From assembly GCA_030622135.1 (NCBI GenBank), contig JAUXGL010000002.1, forward strand, positions 24 through 64,023: a stretch of 64,000 nt of DNA, read 5' to 3'. This stretch comes from Deltaproteobacteria bacterium (GTDB lineage: Bacteria; Myxococcota; B64-G9). The notes under the pieces were generated by a model that was not told where the DNA came from, did not search any database, and worked only from the letters and a program-made list of their open reading frames with translations. Position numbers and translations under genes: made by a program. Every line of letters starts with the position of its first letter. Position 1 is the stretch's first letter. Below are positions 1 through 11,040 of this stretch, piece by piece.

Positions 1-230
1 TGAACCACCGACCGGAGAGCCGTGTGCGGGAGATCCGCATGCACGGTTCGGAGGGGGGAGGGTCCGGGTAACCGGACCTTCCTACCCCTATCAGGTTGGT
101 TCGCAGTTATCACCTTTTGCGACACCCTCGCAAGGGCCGAGGGGGAGAGCACGCATACGAGCATCAACCCGAGTATCAACCGGCACACAATACGCCCATT
201 GTACCAGAATTGCGCCTTGACCTGTTTTTA

Positions 231-2174
<1,944 letters not shown>

Positions 2175-2469
2175 GTTCCTCTCCCGTGGTTTGTCTGCAG
2201 TCAGTTTCTTTTATCAATACAATGGATTCGTTTTCAAAAGGAAAACGATCCCCTTGACCCCAACAAATCAATCTGCTAACTAAGCTGGATAGATAGCAGA
2301 TAGCAAGGGTGGTATGCCGCTTATGTTTAAGTGACGCTACCTTGGCTGAATCCGGTTTCAAACGATACATCAAGGGGTTTTCGAGTAGATGGGCAGTCTG
2401 TGGCTGTTTGCGAAGGCGCGCCGTTTTTAATAAGCAGGACCGTTAGGGGAGCAGGAGGGAGCGTCCAAG

Positions 2470-3744
2470 ATGGATGATTATGTAAGCGATCTTCAAACCA
2501 TACAGAACCAGCTTGCCGGCATGCTGACCGCTCTGGGTACCTCGATAGCCGAGGGGCTGACCCGCGGCCTCGATGAGTCGCGACTCTTGCACCAGCTGGT
2601 GGAAATGGTACAGAGACTCACCGAACGCGTCGAGGAGATGGAGGGTCAGATCAAGGTCCTGACCGCCGAACGAAAAAAGCCCAAGCCGGTTCCGGTGGTC
2701 ATGCCCGCCCCGGTGGTCATGCCCGCCCCGGTGGTCATGCCCGCCCCGGTGGTCATGCCCGCCCCGGTGGTCATACCCGCCAAGGTGCTTCCTCCGATGG
2801 GCAAGCCCGCGGTCATCAACCGCTCCCGTATCCGTACCCGCACTTCCTCCCGCCCAACGGTCACCTATCGCCAGGATCCCCGGGCGGCTGCCGAGAGCGC
2901 GAAAGAAACCTGTTCCGAGGTCGGGTGCAATCGCCCGGCGCGCAGCCGGGGCCTGTGCTCCCTCCATTACCAGCGGATGAGGTACCGCGAACGGAAGATT
3001 GAGCAGAAGAACACGAACTCCGATCCGCTTCCGCCGCCGCCCCCCTCCAAGCAAAGCCGCATTCAAAACACCCGGCACCACCGCAACGGCGGAACCCGGG
3101 CAATATTCGCGCTGTTGTACGAGGAAAAAGGCCGCAAGCTGTTGGCCGGGCTGATCAACCAGATGAAGTTCGACCGGAGTGATCTCGTCCAACGACTGAA
3201 TGCGATCCACGCGGGCATGTCGGGCATCCCCCTGGACGAGGAGGACGTGATTCGCTGTATCCACTACCACAAGCTTGGCGATGTCCTGAGCAAGAGAGAG
3301 GCGGAGATCATCTGCCGCCACCTTTCCAAACAACGCGGTTCGCTCGGCAAGACGGCCCAGAAAATGAAGATGGACGTTGACCTGCTCAATCGCCGCATCG
3401 ATGAACTAGGTCTGGAGGGAGAGACCATCAAGATCCGGATCGGATTCCGTGAGGAGATCCTGGAGCGGGCCAGCTTCAACCAGCGGCTGGATCTGGCCCT
3501 GACCCGGGAGAAATACCTGAAGGATCTAGGAATCGAGCAGGAAGTGGACGAGTCTTTGAAAAACGAGCTGGATGATCAGATCGCCCACCTGGCCGGAAGC
3601 AACGACCTGGACAAGGCCACGAACATCATTCGCGAAGCCCTTTCCCTGGACGAGGAGCATTTCCATCGCCTCCTGAAGCGTTTCAACTTGGAACTCGCGC
3701 TGGATACCTTCCAGCCGAACCCGGCCTCCGTGGGAGGTTCTTGA
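2470..3744 (+). CDS. Hypothetical protein with coiled-coil N-terminus, (PAPVVM)x5 proline-rich tandem repeat and a CxxxxC...CxxH zinc-ribbon-like motif
   Basis: The ORF is in codon-consistent high GC. It carries the 18-bp x5 in-frame DNA repeat and a Cys/His cluster (CSEVGCNRPARSRGLCSLHYQR). I recognise no family. Confidence 0.5.
   Translation: MDDYVSDLQTIQNQLAGMLTALGTSIAEGLTRGLDESRLLHQLVEMVQRLTERVEEMEGQIKVLTAERKKPKPVPVVMPAPVVMPAPVVMPAPVVMPAPVVIPAKVLPPMGKPAVINRSRIRTRTSSRPTVTYRQDPRAAAESAKETCSEVGCNRPARSRGLCSLHYQRMRYRERKIEQKNTNSDPLPPPPPSKQSRIQNTRHHRNGGTRAIFALLYEEKGRKLLAGLINQMKFDRSDLVQRLNAIHAGMSGIPLDEEDVIRCIHYHKLGDVLSKREAEIICRHLSKQRGSLGKTAQKMKMDVDLLNRRIDELGLEGETIKIRIGFREEILERASFNQRLDLALTREKYLKDLGIEQEVDESLKNELDDQIAHLAGSNDLDKATNIIREALSLDEEHFHRLLKRFNLELALDTFQPNPASVGGS
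2692..2781 (+). repeat. Perfect 18-bp tandem repeat (ccggtggtcatgcccgcc) x5, in-frame, encoding PVVMPA repeats
   Basis: Read directly from the sequence: four identical copies plus one copy with a single substitution (atg to ata). Confidence 0.95.
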
Positions 3745-5585
3745 TGTGCCGGGTCATGGCCGGGCTGCTTTTAATTTGCGTTTTTGCGGCGGTGGTCCAG
3801 GCAGAGCCGATTTCGGTTTGCGCCGTCGGTGACATCAACATGGGCACGGCCTTCCCGTCCGAAGAATATCTTCCGCCGGACGGGGGAGCCGGGCTGTTTC
3901 CGCCCGTGCGGAAACTGCTTGTGGGCGACGTGATTTTCGGCAATTTGGAAGGTCCCCTGGCCGACGACGGCAAGACCGAGAAGTGCGTCTCCCCCAGGGG
4001 GTGCTTCGCCTTCCGGACCCCGATTTCCTACGCCAGGCACCTGAAGGACGCCGGATTCACCGTATTGTCCGTGGCCAACAACCACGCCATGGACTTCGGC
4101 GAGGAAGGCCGACAGAGCACGTTACGCACATTGAAAGCAGCCGGCATCGCTCACTCCGGGCCGGTCGGGGTGGTGGCCAAGCTCAAAGTCAAGGGAAAGA
4201 AAGTCGCGCTGGTCGCCTTCTCTACCGCCGATCATTCCTACAACCTACTCGATATCGACCGGGCCGTGGAGGTCGTCTCCGGGTTGGACCAGACCCACGA
4301 CCTGGTGCTGGTGAGCTTCCACGGAGGGACCGAGGGCCGCCGGGCCGCCCATGTACCCGACGAGATGGAGTACCTGGGCAAGGAGCCCCGGGGCCATCTC
4401 GTCCGGTTCACCCACGCCCTGGTGGACGCGGGCGCCGATCTGGTGATCGGGCACGGGCCCCATTTGCTCCGGGGAATGGAGGTGTACCGCCGGCGCCTGA
4501 TCGCTTACAGCCTGGGCAACTTCTGCACCTATGCTCGCTTCAATCTCTCCGGGGCGCTGGGCCGCGCCGTGGTTCTTCACGCGGAGCTGGATCCGGACTC
4601 CGGTGAGTTCGTTGGCGGTTGGCTCCACGCCACCTACCAGGTGAAGCCGGGCGGGCCCCGGCCCGATCCCGTGGGTCGGGGGATCAAGCTGGTCGCGCGC
4701 CTGAGCCGGGACGATTTCCGCTTCAGCGCCCCGTCCATCGGGGATGACGGGCGCTTGCTGCCGCCCTCCGGAGACGGCGCGGGTCTGTTCACGATGAAGG
4801 ATCCCCAAGAGCGAAGCGCGCTTTTGGATCTGCTCTCGAGGTTGGCCAAGGCGGGTTTCGACGAAGGCAAGTTGCGGACCTGGTTTGGGGACAAACGTGC
4901 CGGGCTGATTCCCGAGGTAATCGAGCGCATGATCCGCCCGGCCGAACGAATGCCCTACGAGAAGTACCGGGCCATATTCATGAAGAAAGACGTGCTGGAG
5001 GGGGGACGGAAATTTATCGAGGAGAAAGACAAGCTGCTGGCCGCGGTGGAGGAAAAATACCAGGTGGACCGCCAGGCGCTGTGCGGCCTGATCGCCACGG
5101 AAACTCGCTTCGGGGCTCACCGGGGCAAGTACCCGACCTTCAACGCATTAGCCACTCTGGCGCTGAAGTACCCACGCCGGAGTCGCTGGGCCGGGCGCGA
5201 GTTGCAGGCGCTTCTCACCGTTTTTGAAGATGATCCTTTGTCGGTGAAGGGCTCCTACGCCGGCGCCGTCGGGCTGGTTCAGTTCATGCCCACGAGCATC
5301 CGCAGCTTTGGCGTGGACTGGGACCAGGACGGGCGGGTGGACCTGGACCAATGGAGCGATGCCCTGGCCTCGGCGGCCAACTACCTGAAGAAGCACGGCT
5401 GGAAACGGGGATTGCCCATCCGCAGGGGAACGGCCAACTACCGCGCGCTCCATCGATACAACCCGGCCCACAACTACGTGCGCGTGATAGCCGAGCTATC
5501 CAAGGCCTTTGGATATCGTCAGGACGCGGAAAAAAAAGAAAAGAAGAAAAAGAAGGAAGTTCCCGAGAAGAAAAAAACGCTCTGA
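3741..5585 (+). CDS. Secreted fusion protein: CapA/PGA_cap metallophosphatase-like domain + MltB-type lytic murein transglycosylase (SLT_2) domain, with a Lys-rich tail
   Basis: A signal peptide is followed by an N-terminal half with NNHAMDFGEEG and GHGPH motifs (CapA family). The C-terminal half has the GLVQFMPTS...DWDQDGRVDL...ANYLKKHGW motif typical of MltB. The start overlaps the previous stop (ATGA). Confidence 0.7.
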   Translation: MMCRVMAGLLLICVFAAVVQAEPISVCAVGDINMGTAFPSEEYLPPDGGAGLFPPVRKLLVGDVIFGNLEGPLADDGKTEKCVSPRGCFAFRTPISYARHLKDAGFTVLSVANNHAMDFGEEGRQSTLRTLKAAGIAHSGPVGVVAKLKVKGKKVALVAFSTADHSYNLLDIDRAVEVVSGLDQTHDLVLVSFHGGTEGRRAAHVPDEMEYLGKEPRGHLVRFTHALVDAGADLVIGHGPHLLRGMEVYRRRLIAYSLGNFCTYARFNLSGALGRAVVLHAELDPDSGEFVGGWLHATYQVKPGGPRPDPVGRGIKLVARLSRDDFRFSAPSIGDDGRLLPPSGDGAGLFTMKDPQERSALLDLLSRLAKAGFDEGKLRTWFGDKRAGLIPEVIERMIRPAERMPYEKYRAIFMKKDVLEGGRKFIEEKDKLLAAVEEKYQVDRQALCGLIATETRFGAHRGKYPTFNALATLALKYPRRSRWAGRELQALLTVFEDDPLSVKGSYAGAVGLVQFMPTSIRSFGVDWDQDGRVDLDQWSDALASAANYLKKHGWKRGLPIRRGTANYRALHRYNPAHNYVRVIAELSKAFGYRQDAEKKEKKKKKEVPEKKKTL

Positions 5586-5588
5586 GTT

Positions 5589-6575
5589 ATGCCGGCAAAT
5601 CTTACACCCGTGTACCGGGCCGCGGAAGAAGAGTACCGCCAGGCCAAGGATCCCGCGGAGAGGCTCGCCTGCCTGGAGAAAATGCTCTCGGTGATCCCCA
5701 AGCACAAGGGCACCGACAAGTTGCAGGGCGACCTCAAGCGGAAGATCTCCAGGCTCAAGGAAAGTCTCCAGAAGAAAAGCGGAAAAAGAGGCTTCTCCGT
5801 CAAGGTTCTGCGTGAAGGCGCCGCACAGGTGGTGCTGGTGGGCGCCGCCAATTCGGGCAAGAGTGCCCTGGTGGAAGTCACTACCAACGCCAAGACGGAA
5901 GTAGCCGACTACCCCATCAGCACCCGGTTGCCGATCCCGGGCATGTTTCCGTTCGAGAACCTGCAGTTTCAGCTGGTGGACCTTCCGCCGGTGAACCGCG
6001 ACTACATGGAGCCATGGGTGACCGACATCATCCGCAGTGCCGACTGCGCCCTGTGGTTGGTGGACGCCGGCGACCAGCAGATCGAGTCGCAGGTGAACCA
6101 GGTGACCGAACTACTCGATCAGCGGAAGATCCGGCTGGTGGGCGGAGACGCCCCGGCCGGCAAGAGCCACGATCCCATCCGGAACATTCGTTGTATCCTG
6201 GTGGCCACCAAGATGGATCTTCAACCGGCGGAGTCCGGCTTGACCTGGCTGAAACAGCGTTTCGAGCTCGGAATCCAGGTACTGGGCCTGAGCGCCATGG
6301 GTGACTCCGACTTCACCAAGCTCGCGCGCGACCTGTTCGCTCTGAACCGGATCATCCGGGTTTATTCAAAGACCCCGGGCAAGGAAACCGATCGGTCGCA
6401 TCCCCATATTCTTCACCAGGGCGACCGCCTGATCGATTTCGCCCGCATGGTACACAAGGATTTCGCTGCTAACCTGCGCCATGCCAAGGCCTGGGGCAAG
6501 GGCTTGTTCGACGGGCAGCGGATTCAGCGCGACCAGGAGCTTGGTGACGGATTCGTCGTCGAACTGCATATGTAG
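5589..6575 (+). CDS. DRG/Obg-like GTPase with C-terminal TGS domain (non-canonical G3)
   Basis: The G1 motif is GAANSGKS. There is a DRG-like N-terminal basic helix, a TKMD G4 motif and a C-terminal segment IRVYSKTPGK...DFARMVHKDF...AKAWGKG resembling the DRG TGS domain. The G3 motif reads DLPP rather than DxxG. Confidence 0.6.
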   Translation: MPANLTPVYRAAEEEYRQAKDPAERLACLEKMLSVIPKHKGTDKLQGDLKRKISRLKESLQKKSGKRGFSVKVLREGAAQVVLVGAANSGKSALVEVTTNAKTEVADYPISTRLPIPGMFPFENLQFQLVDLPPVNRDYMEPWVTDIIRSADCALWLVDAGDQQIESQVNQVTELLDQRKIRLVGGDAPAGKSHDPIRNIRCILVATKMDLQPAESGLTWLKQRFELGIQVLGLSAMGDSDFTKLARDLFALNRIIRVYSKTPGKETDRSHPHILHQGDRLIDFARMVHKDFAANLRHAKAWGKGLFDGQRIQRDQELGDGFVVELHM

Positions 6576-6649
6576 GCCCCTACTCCATTGTAATAACAAG
6601 CAGTTTTTTGTACGGGTGTGTATACCGGTTGTGACTTTCAGGGGTCGGT

Positions 6650-7270
6650 ATGAATAGAGACGAGGAGGTGGCGGTGGAGGCGCAACCGGCCGTGCTTGCA
6701 AATAAATCCATCGAGGCGGCGAAGCCCTCCGAGGCGTTCAACCGACTGCTGCAGCAAGAGACCCAAAGCTTGCTTCGGCTGGCCCGTCAGCTTCTCTACG
6801 ATTCGGAAGAGGCCCGAGACCTGGTTCAGGACGCGCTGCTGAAGGCCTACCTATCCCTGGACGGCTTCCGCTGGGAATGCAGCCTGAAAACCTGGGTGAC
6901 CCGCATCTTGATTAACCTGGGGCTCAAGCGGATCCGGCGCCGGAAACTCAGCGCCAAGGTGGCTTCCTGGTTCAAGGCGGTCGGGCAGACCCGGGACGTT
7001 TCCGGTACCTGGGGGCCGCATCCCACGGCCACCCCCGAGCAAGCAGCCAGCCTGAAGGAACAAGCCGGTCGGTTGCAGAAGGCACTCGAAAAGTTGTCCC
7101 CTCGCCAGCGGGCCGTACTTTTGCTGCGCTATCTGGAGGGAATGTCGGTGCAGGAAATCGCAGACACCATGCAAATCGAACCGGGAACGGTCAAGACCCA
7201 CCTGGTCAGGGCGGTTCGTCAGATCCGCTCCGCCTCGCCACAATACCCGCATGCACCGGGAGGTAAATGA
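6650..7270 (+). CDS. RNA polymerase ECF-type sigma-70 factor
   Basis: Region 2 and region 4 motifs are present (LVQDALLKAYL; LSPRQRAVLLLRYLEGMSVQEIADTMQIEPGTVKTHL). Confidence 0.85.
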   Translation: MNRDEEVAVEAQPAVLANKSIEAAKPSEAFNRLLQQETQSLLRLARQLLYDSEEARDLVQDALLKAYLSLDGFRWECSLKTWVTRILINLGLKRIRRRKLSAKVASWFKAVGQTRDVSGTWGPHPTATPEQAASLKEQAGRLQKALEKLSPRQRAVLLLRYLEGMSVQEIADTMQIEPGTVKTHLVRAVRQIRSASPQYPHAPGGK

Positions 7271-7797
7271 TGAAGACTTGTAAATTCATTTTGGAGAAAC
7301 TGGTCAGCGGTGAACCACTGACGCGGGAAGAGCAGAGTCACGTTGCGTCCTGCGATGACTGCCGCTCTTTTAATGAAACCGCGCAAGCCATCGCTCGATT
7401 GGCCGAGACGGTGCGAGACTTCGAGGGTGTGCCGTTGAAGGAAATCCGGGCCGTCTCGGAGCAGGTTGCCAACCGGTTTCGCCCGGCGCGGTCCGCCTTC
7501 CGCCTGGCCTGGGTCTCGGCGGCGGCGATGCTGGTGGGCATTCTGGGCATCGTACTGGTGCTGTCGGGCGTCTTCGGGTCGGACGAAACCACCCGGACCG
7601 ATGAGAGTTTTTTGGCGCTGTTGGATGAGGTTAGCGACATCATCCGGCCCGACACCGAAGAAACCACCGTCAACGCAGCCGACACCACGCTCTTCTCCGC
7701 AGCGTTGCTTTTTGAAGAAGACACCCCGCAAGAAACATTAGAGTTCGAACTGCCGGGTGCATACAAAATCCTTGAGGAAGGCCTGCAAAAAGGCTGA
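7267..7797 (+). CDS. Anti-sigma factor, zinc-finger (ZAS-like) with one TM helix
   Basis: It is translationally coupled to the sigma gene (ATGA overlap) and has an N-terminal HxxxCxxC motif (HVASCDDCRSF) and a single TM segment. Confidence 0.65.
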   Translation: MMKTCKFILEKLVSGEPLTREEQSHVASCDDCRSFNETAQAIARLAETVRDFEGVPLKEIRAVSEQVANRFRPARSAFRLAWVSAAAMLVGILGIVLVLSGVFGSDETTRTDESFLALLDEVSDIIRPDTEETTVNAADTTLFSAALLFEEDTPQETLEFELPGAYKILEEGLQKG

Positions 7798-7949
7798 GCT
7801 ATATAGGCGCATTGTTATGGAAACGCGACAACATATTTGCCAGGTATGTTTGTGATGTCAGCGACGACCCATATCGGTTAAACCAGCACTTTTTCCAATC
7901 GAAGTCTTGGAGAAAGTGTAGAACGTTTTTGAAAACAAGGAGGTGTACC

Positions 7950-8450
7950 ATGAGGAAAACCATCACCCTGCTGGTCGCGCTGATGCTGAGCCTGGGGACG
8001 ACCGTGGCGCTGGCCGACCCCGGCCACGCACCGCCGGCGCTCAAGCGCAAGATCATGAAGAAGCTCGGCCTGGACCGCCAGCAGATCAAGAAGATCGACG
8101 ACCTGACCTACCGGGCCGACCGGGAGAAGCTGGACATTCGTCACGAGATCCAAAAGAACCACCTGGATCTGGAACAGCTCATGTTGGCGGACAAGCCCAA
8201 CGAGGCGGCCATCTTCTCCAAGCTGGAGAAGATCTCCGCTCTCGATCTCAAGATTAAGAAGAACCGCATCGGGCTGATGCTGAAGGTCAAGGCCATCCTG
8301 ACACCGGAGCAGTGGGAGAAGCTCCAGGAGTTCCAGGCGGTCCGCCAAGCCAAGCGCCAGGCCGAGCGCTGGAAACGTATCAAGCGGCGCATGCGCTATC
8401 ACGAGCCCCCCGGCCCGCCCGACGCCCCCGAGCCGCCGCCTGGACCCTGA
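7950..8450 (+). CDS. Periplasmic Spy/CpxP-family (LTXXQ motif) stress protein
   Basis: It has a signal peptide, an LTPEQWEKL motif, a helical and charged composition, and sits immediately downstream of the ECF sigma/anti-sigma pair. The ORF track begins at 7812, but the signal-peptide Met at 7950 has a GGAGG-like RBS. Confidence 0.6.
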   Translation: MRKTITLLVALMLSLGTTVALADPGHAPPALKRKIMKKLGLDRQQIKKIDDLTYRADREKLDIRHEIQKNHLDLEQLMLADKPNEAAIFSKLEKISALDLKIKKNRIGLMLKVKAILTPEQWEKLQEFQAVRQAKRQAERWKRIKRRMRYHEPPGPPDAPEPPPGP

Positions 8451-8464
8451 CCTAACCCCCCTGC

Positions 8465-8490
8465 CCCCCTTCCCGGCACGGGAAGGGGGG
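8465..8490. terminator. GC-rich hairpin (ccccccttccc-ggcac-gggaagggggg) between convergent genes
   Basis: A perfect 10-11 bp inverted repeat lies directly after the stop of the Spy-like gene. The U-tract is weak. Confidence 0.35.
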
Positions 8491-8521
8491 AACTTACACC
8501 GAAGCGCTTCTGGTTTTAAAG

Positions 8522-8551
8522 CCCCTCCCCGTGTCGGGGAGGGGTTTGGGG
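8522..8551. terminator. GC-rich hairpin (cccctcccc-gtgtc-ggggagggg) followed by T-run; candidate bidirectional terminator
   Basis: A perfect 9-bp inverted repeat with flanking ttt/aaa lies just downstream of the minus-strand lipoprotein gene. Confidence 0.4.
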
Positions 8552-8556
8552 AGAGG

Positions 8557-9072
8557 TTACCAATCGAACTCGATGACCACCATTCGCAGGTCGAACTCGT
8601 CGCAGTTCGGGCGGCCCTCCCGGCTCTGATTGTCGCCGGCGATGAAGGTCAGCTGGTTGTGGCGCTTGAAGCGGCCGACGGAGATCCAGTTGTCGTACTC
8701 CACCACGTGGTCCTCGCCGTCGCTGTGGGTGTTGAGATCCATCAGGTGGCGGTGGTTGAGTCGCACCCGGTGCCGGTACCGGCCCATCTTGTAGTCCTCG
8801 CTCAAGGCTCCCGGGACCCCGGAGTAGCGCATCTTGAGCTTGGCCCGGCGGGGACGCATGGGCAGTTCGAACTCGAAGCTGGCCTCGGTGAAAAACGGCT
8901 CGTTCTCGTCCTGCAACTGCATGGGCTTGTCCACCAGCACGATGCGCTTGGGTCCCTTGGGGGCGGGCTTGGGGGGCGGTAGCTTGACCTCGGGCTTTTC
9001 CTTCTGTCCGCCCGAGCACCCCGCCAGGAAAAAAGCCGCCAGCGCTATCGCAACCATCTTGCATTTTCTCAT
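8557..9072 (-). CDS. Hypothetical lipoprotein
   Basis: It has a signal peptide with a lipobox (LAGC) and a Pro/Lys-rich linker. Confidence 0.55.
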   Translation of the reverse strand: MRKCKMVAIALAAFFLAGCSGGQKEKPEVKLPPPKPAPKGPKRIVLVDKPMQLQDENEPFFTEASFEFELPMRPRRAKLKMRYSGVPGALSEDYKMGRYRHRVRLNHRHLMDLNTHSDGEDHVVEYDNWISVGRFKRHNQLTFIAGDNQSREGRPNCDEFDLRMVVIEFDW

Positions 9073-9164
9073 GACAGAATCTCCTTGATCTTATTGAAGT
9101 ACCCAGCATACAATCCGCCCCAAGCCGTTGCAAATACCTAACGCAGCCACCTGAGGGGTGAAAC

Positions 9165-9755
9165 ATGGAAGCGGCATCCAATCAGGGACCGAAGCGGGTT
9201 CGTCGGCGCACCTTTCTAATCGATCGGAAATTTCAGCTGAAATACACGCTGATCATCGTATTGGTGGGCGTTTTGATCTCGGCGTTGTTGGGATACTTTA
9301 TCTTTCGGCTCAACATTGAAAACCGGGATCTGCTGGGGATCGACGCGGAGATGATGGCCCACGTGCAGCAGGTTGATAGCTATACCATGTACTACCTGGG
9401 GGGATTCGTAGTCGTCATGGCTCTGGTTCTCTTCATCTGGGGCATCTTCATTACCCACCGTGTGGCCGGCCCTATCTTTATCATCTCCCGCTACCTGCGC
9501 CAACTGGGCGAGGGCGATGTTCCCCAGATCCGGTCGTTGAGGAAGGGCGACGAGCTCAAGGCGTTTTTCGACACTTTCACCGAAATGCTCAACGTCCTGA
9601 AGCAACGCAACGCGGAAGAGGCCCAGTTGTTGGAGCAGATCGCCGGTCAAGTCCGCTCGCCGGGCAGTGCTGGTTCCGCCGAAATTGCCAAGGCCCTCGA
9701 TGAACTGGCGGCCAAGAAGAAGGCCTGGGGAGAGCCCCAGGCTTCCCAGTCCTAA
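9165..9755 (+). CDS. Membrane protein with two TM helices and a HAMP-like domain
   Basis: TM segments flank a short periplasmic loop, and HAMP-like signature residues (HRVAGPI...L...GEGD) are present. Confidence 0.5.
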   Translation: MEAASNQGPKRVRRRTFLIDRKFQLKYTLIIVLVGVLISALLGYFIFRLNIENRDLLGIDAEMMAHVQQVDSYTMYYLGGFVVVMALVLFIWGIFITHRVAGPIFIISRYLRQLGEGDVPQIRSLRKGDELKAFFDTFTEMLNVLKQRNAEEAQLLEQIAGQVRSPGSAGSAEIAKALDELAAKKKAWGEPQASQS

Positions 9756-10759
9756 AAGAAGAAGATCCGCGGGCCCAGCTGGCCCAGCTCATCCGGATTC
9801 AAAGAAGCGTCCTCTTCCTGCTGGGGTGACCGGCAGACGATCACCACGTTGCCGCCCTTGAGATCCGCCTCTTTAAGGCCCCGCACGGCACCCTGAATCA
9901 TCGCGCCGAAGCCGGCTTCCGGATCGCCCTGTGTTGAGGCCACCGCCGCGGAGGACGACAGCTTGATCTCGGCCAGGCTTCCGGGGGTCTTGATTTCCCT
10001 TACGCGGTCACGAATGCGATCGGCCACGATGGCCGCGCTTTTCAAGTCGGTGTGAGGCATTACCACCAGGATCTTGTCTTCGGAAAACAACAGGGGGATG
10101 TCGATGTCCCGGATGTTTTTCACCGCGGCCTGCTTCAACATGTCGAAGAGAACCCGCCGCCGATCGGGGGCTAGCCACCCCATTATCTCGCTGTACTTAT
10201 CGAAGGTAAGCAACAGCAAGGAAACCACATGGCCGTAGCGCTTGGCCTTCTTGACCTCCATGAGGATGATGTGCTTGAAAACTTCGAAGCGATAGAACTG
10301 CGTATCCGTATCCAGGTACAGGTTGGCCCCCAACGAGTGCCGCAGACCGGTGTTCTCTTCTTCCAGAAACATCACGTGGGTGCGCAACTCGCCGATTTGC
10401 AGCAACAGCGAACAGACCGTGCCAAGATGGCGCTCCGTCAACGGGCGGACGAAAACCACGTCGGCGCCCATCCGCATGCGGACGCCCTCGGGATCCTTTT
10501 CCTGCTCCGGAACAACCAGGACGAAGTGCACAGGTTCGGGCACGAACTCGTGAACGTACTCGCACAGATCTTGGGCACTGTGACCCTCGATCTCCGAGTC
10601 GCAGACGATCAGGCCGGGGCTCTCGGCTTCCATGCGCTCAAGCGCATCGGTTCCGTTCTTGGCCGTCAGGGTGTGAATGTGGGCCTTTCTCAGCAGATCG
10701 ATAGTCTCTTCACGCCGTTCCTCATCCGGATCCACTAGCAGGGTGTGTTTTCCAGCCAT
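9752..10759 (-). CDS. Response-regulator receiver domain protein with degenerate GGDEF-like domain
   Basis: There is an N-terminal REC-like fold and a C-terminal GGDEF-like fold in which the signature is replaced (…LLFSEDKILV…). Confidence 0.5.
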   Translation of the reverse strand: MAGKHTLLVDPDEERREETIDLLRKAHIHTLTAKNGTDALERMEAESPGLIVCDSEIEGHSAQDLCEYVHEFVPEPVHFVLVVPEQEKDPEGVRMRMGADVVFVRPLTERHLGTVCSLLLQIGELRTHVMFLEEENTGLRHSLGANLYLDTDTQFYRFEVFKHIILMEVKKAKRYGHVVSLLLLTFDKYSEIMGWLAPDRRRVLFDMLKQAAVKNIRDIDIPLLFSEDKILVVMPHTDLKSAAIVADRIRDRVREIKTPGSLAEIKLSSSAAVASTQGDPEAGFGAMIQGAVRGLKEADLKGGNVVIVCRSPQQEEDASLNPDELGQLGPRIFFF

Positions 10760-11040
10760 CGGTCACCTCAAGGGAAAACTACAAGATCAACCCCAATCTC
10801 CCACTGGTGCCCCTTCGTTTCGATATAACATATTGACTACCCAAAGGAACTTAATATACGCGGTGCCACTATACTGGTGAGATAATTTACTCGCGGTCCT
10901 CTCGCAAGTGTCCCTTTTTACTCGGGAGATTGGGATCGACCGGAAATGGGCTGGGAGATTATGGATCAACCCCCGATTGACAAATATGCTTGCCCGGGGT
11001 AGTGAAAATCGTTGTGGCTGCGGACCGTAAAGAAAGATTG

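Noticed and set aside
2692-2781. CRISPR-like repeat array
   Set aside because: The repeats are 18 bp, directly abutting with no spacers, and in frame within a coding sequence. This is a coding tandem repeat, not a CRISPR.
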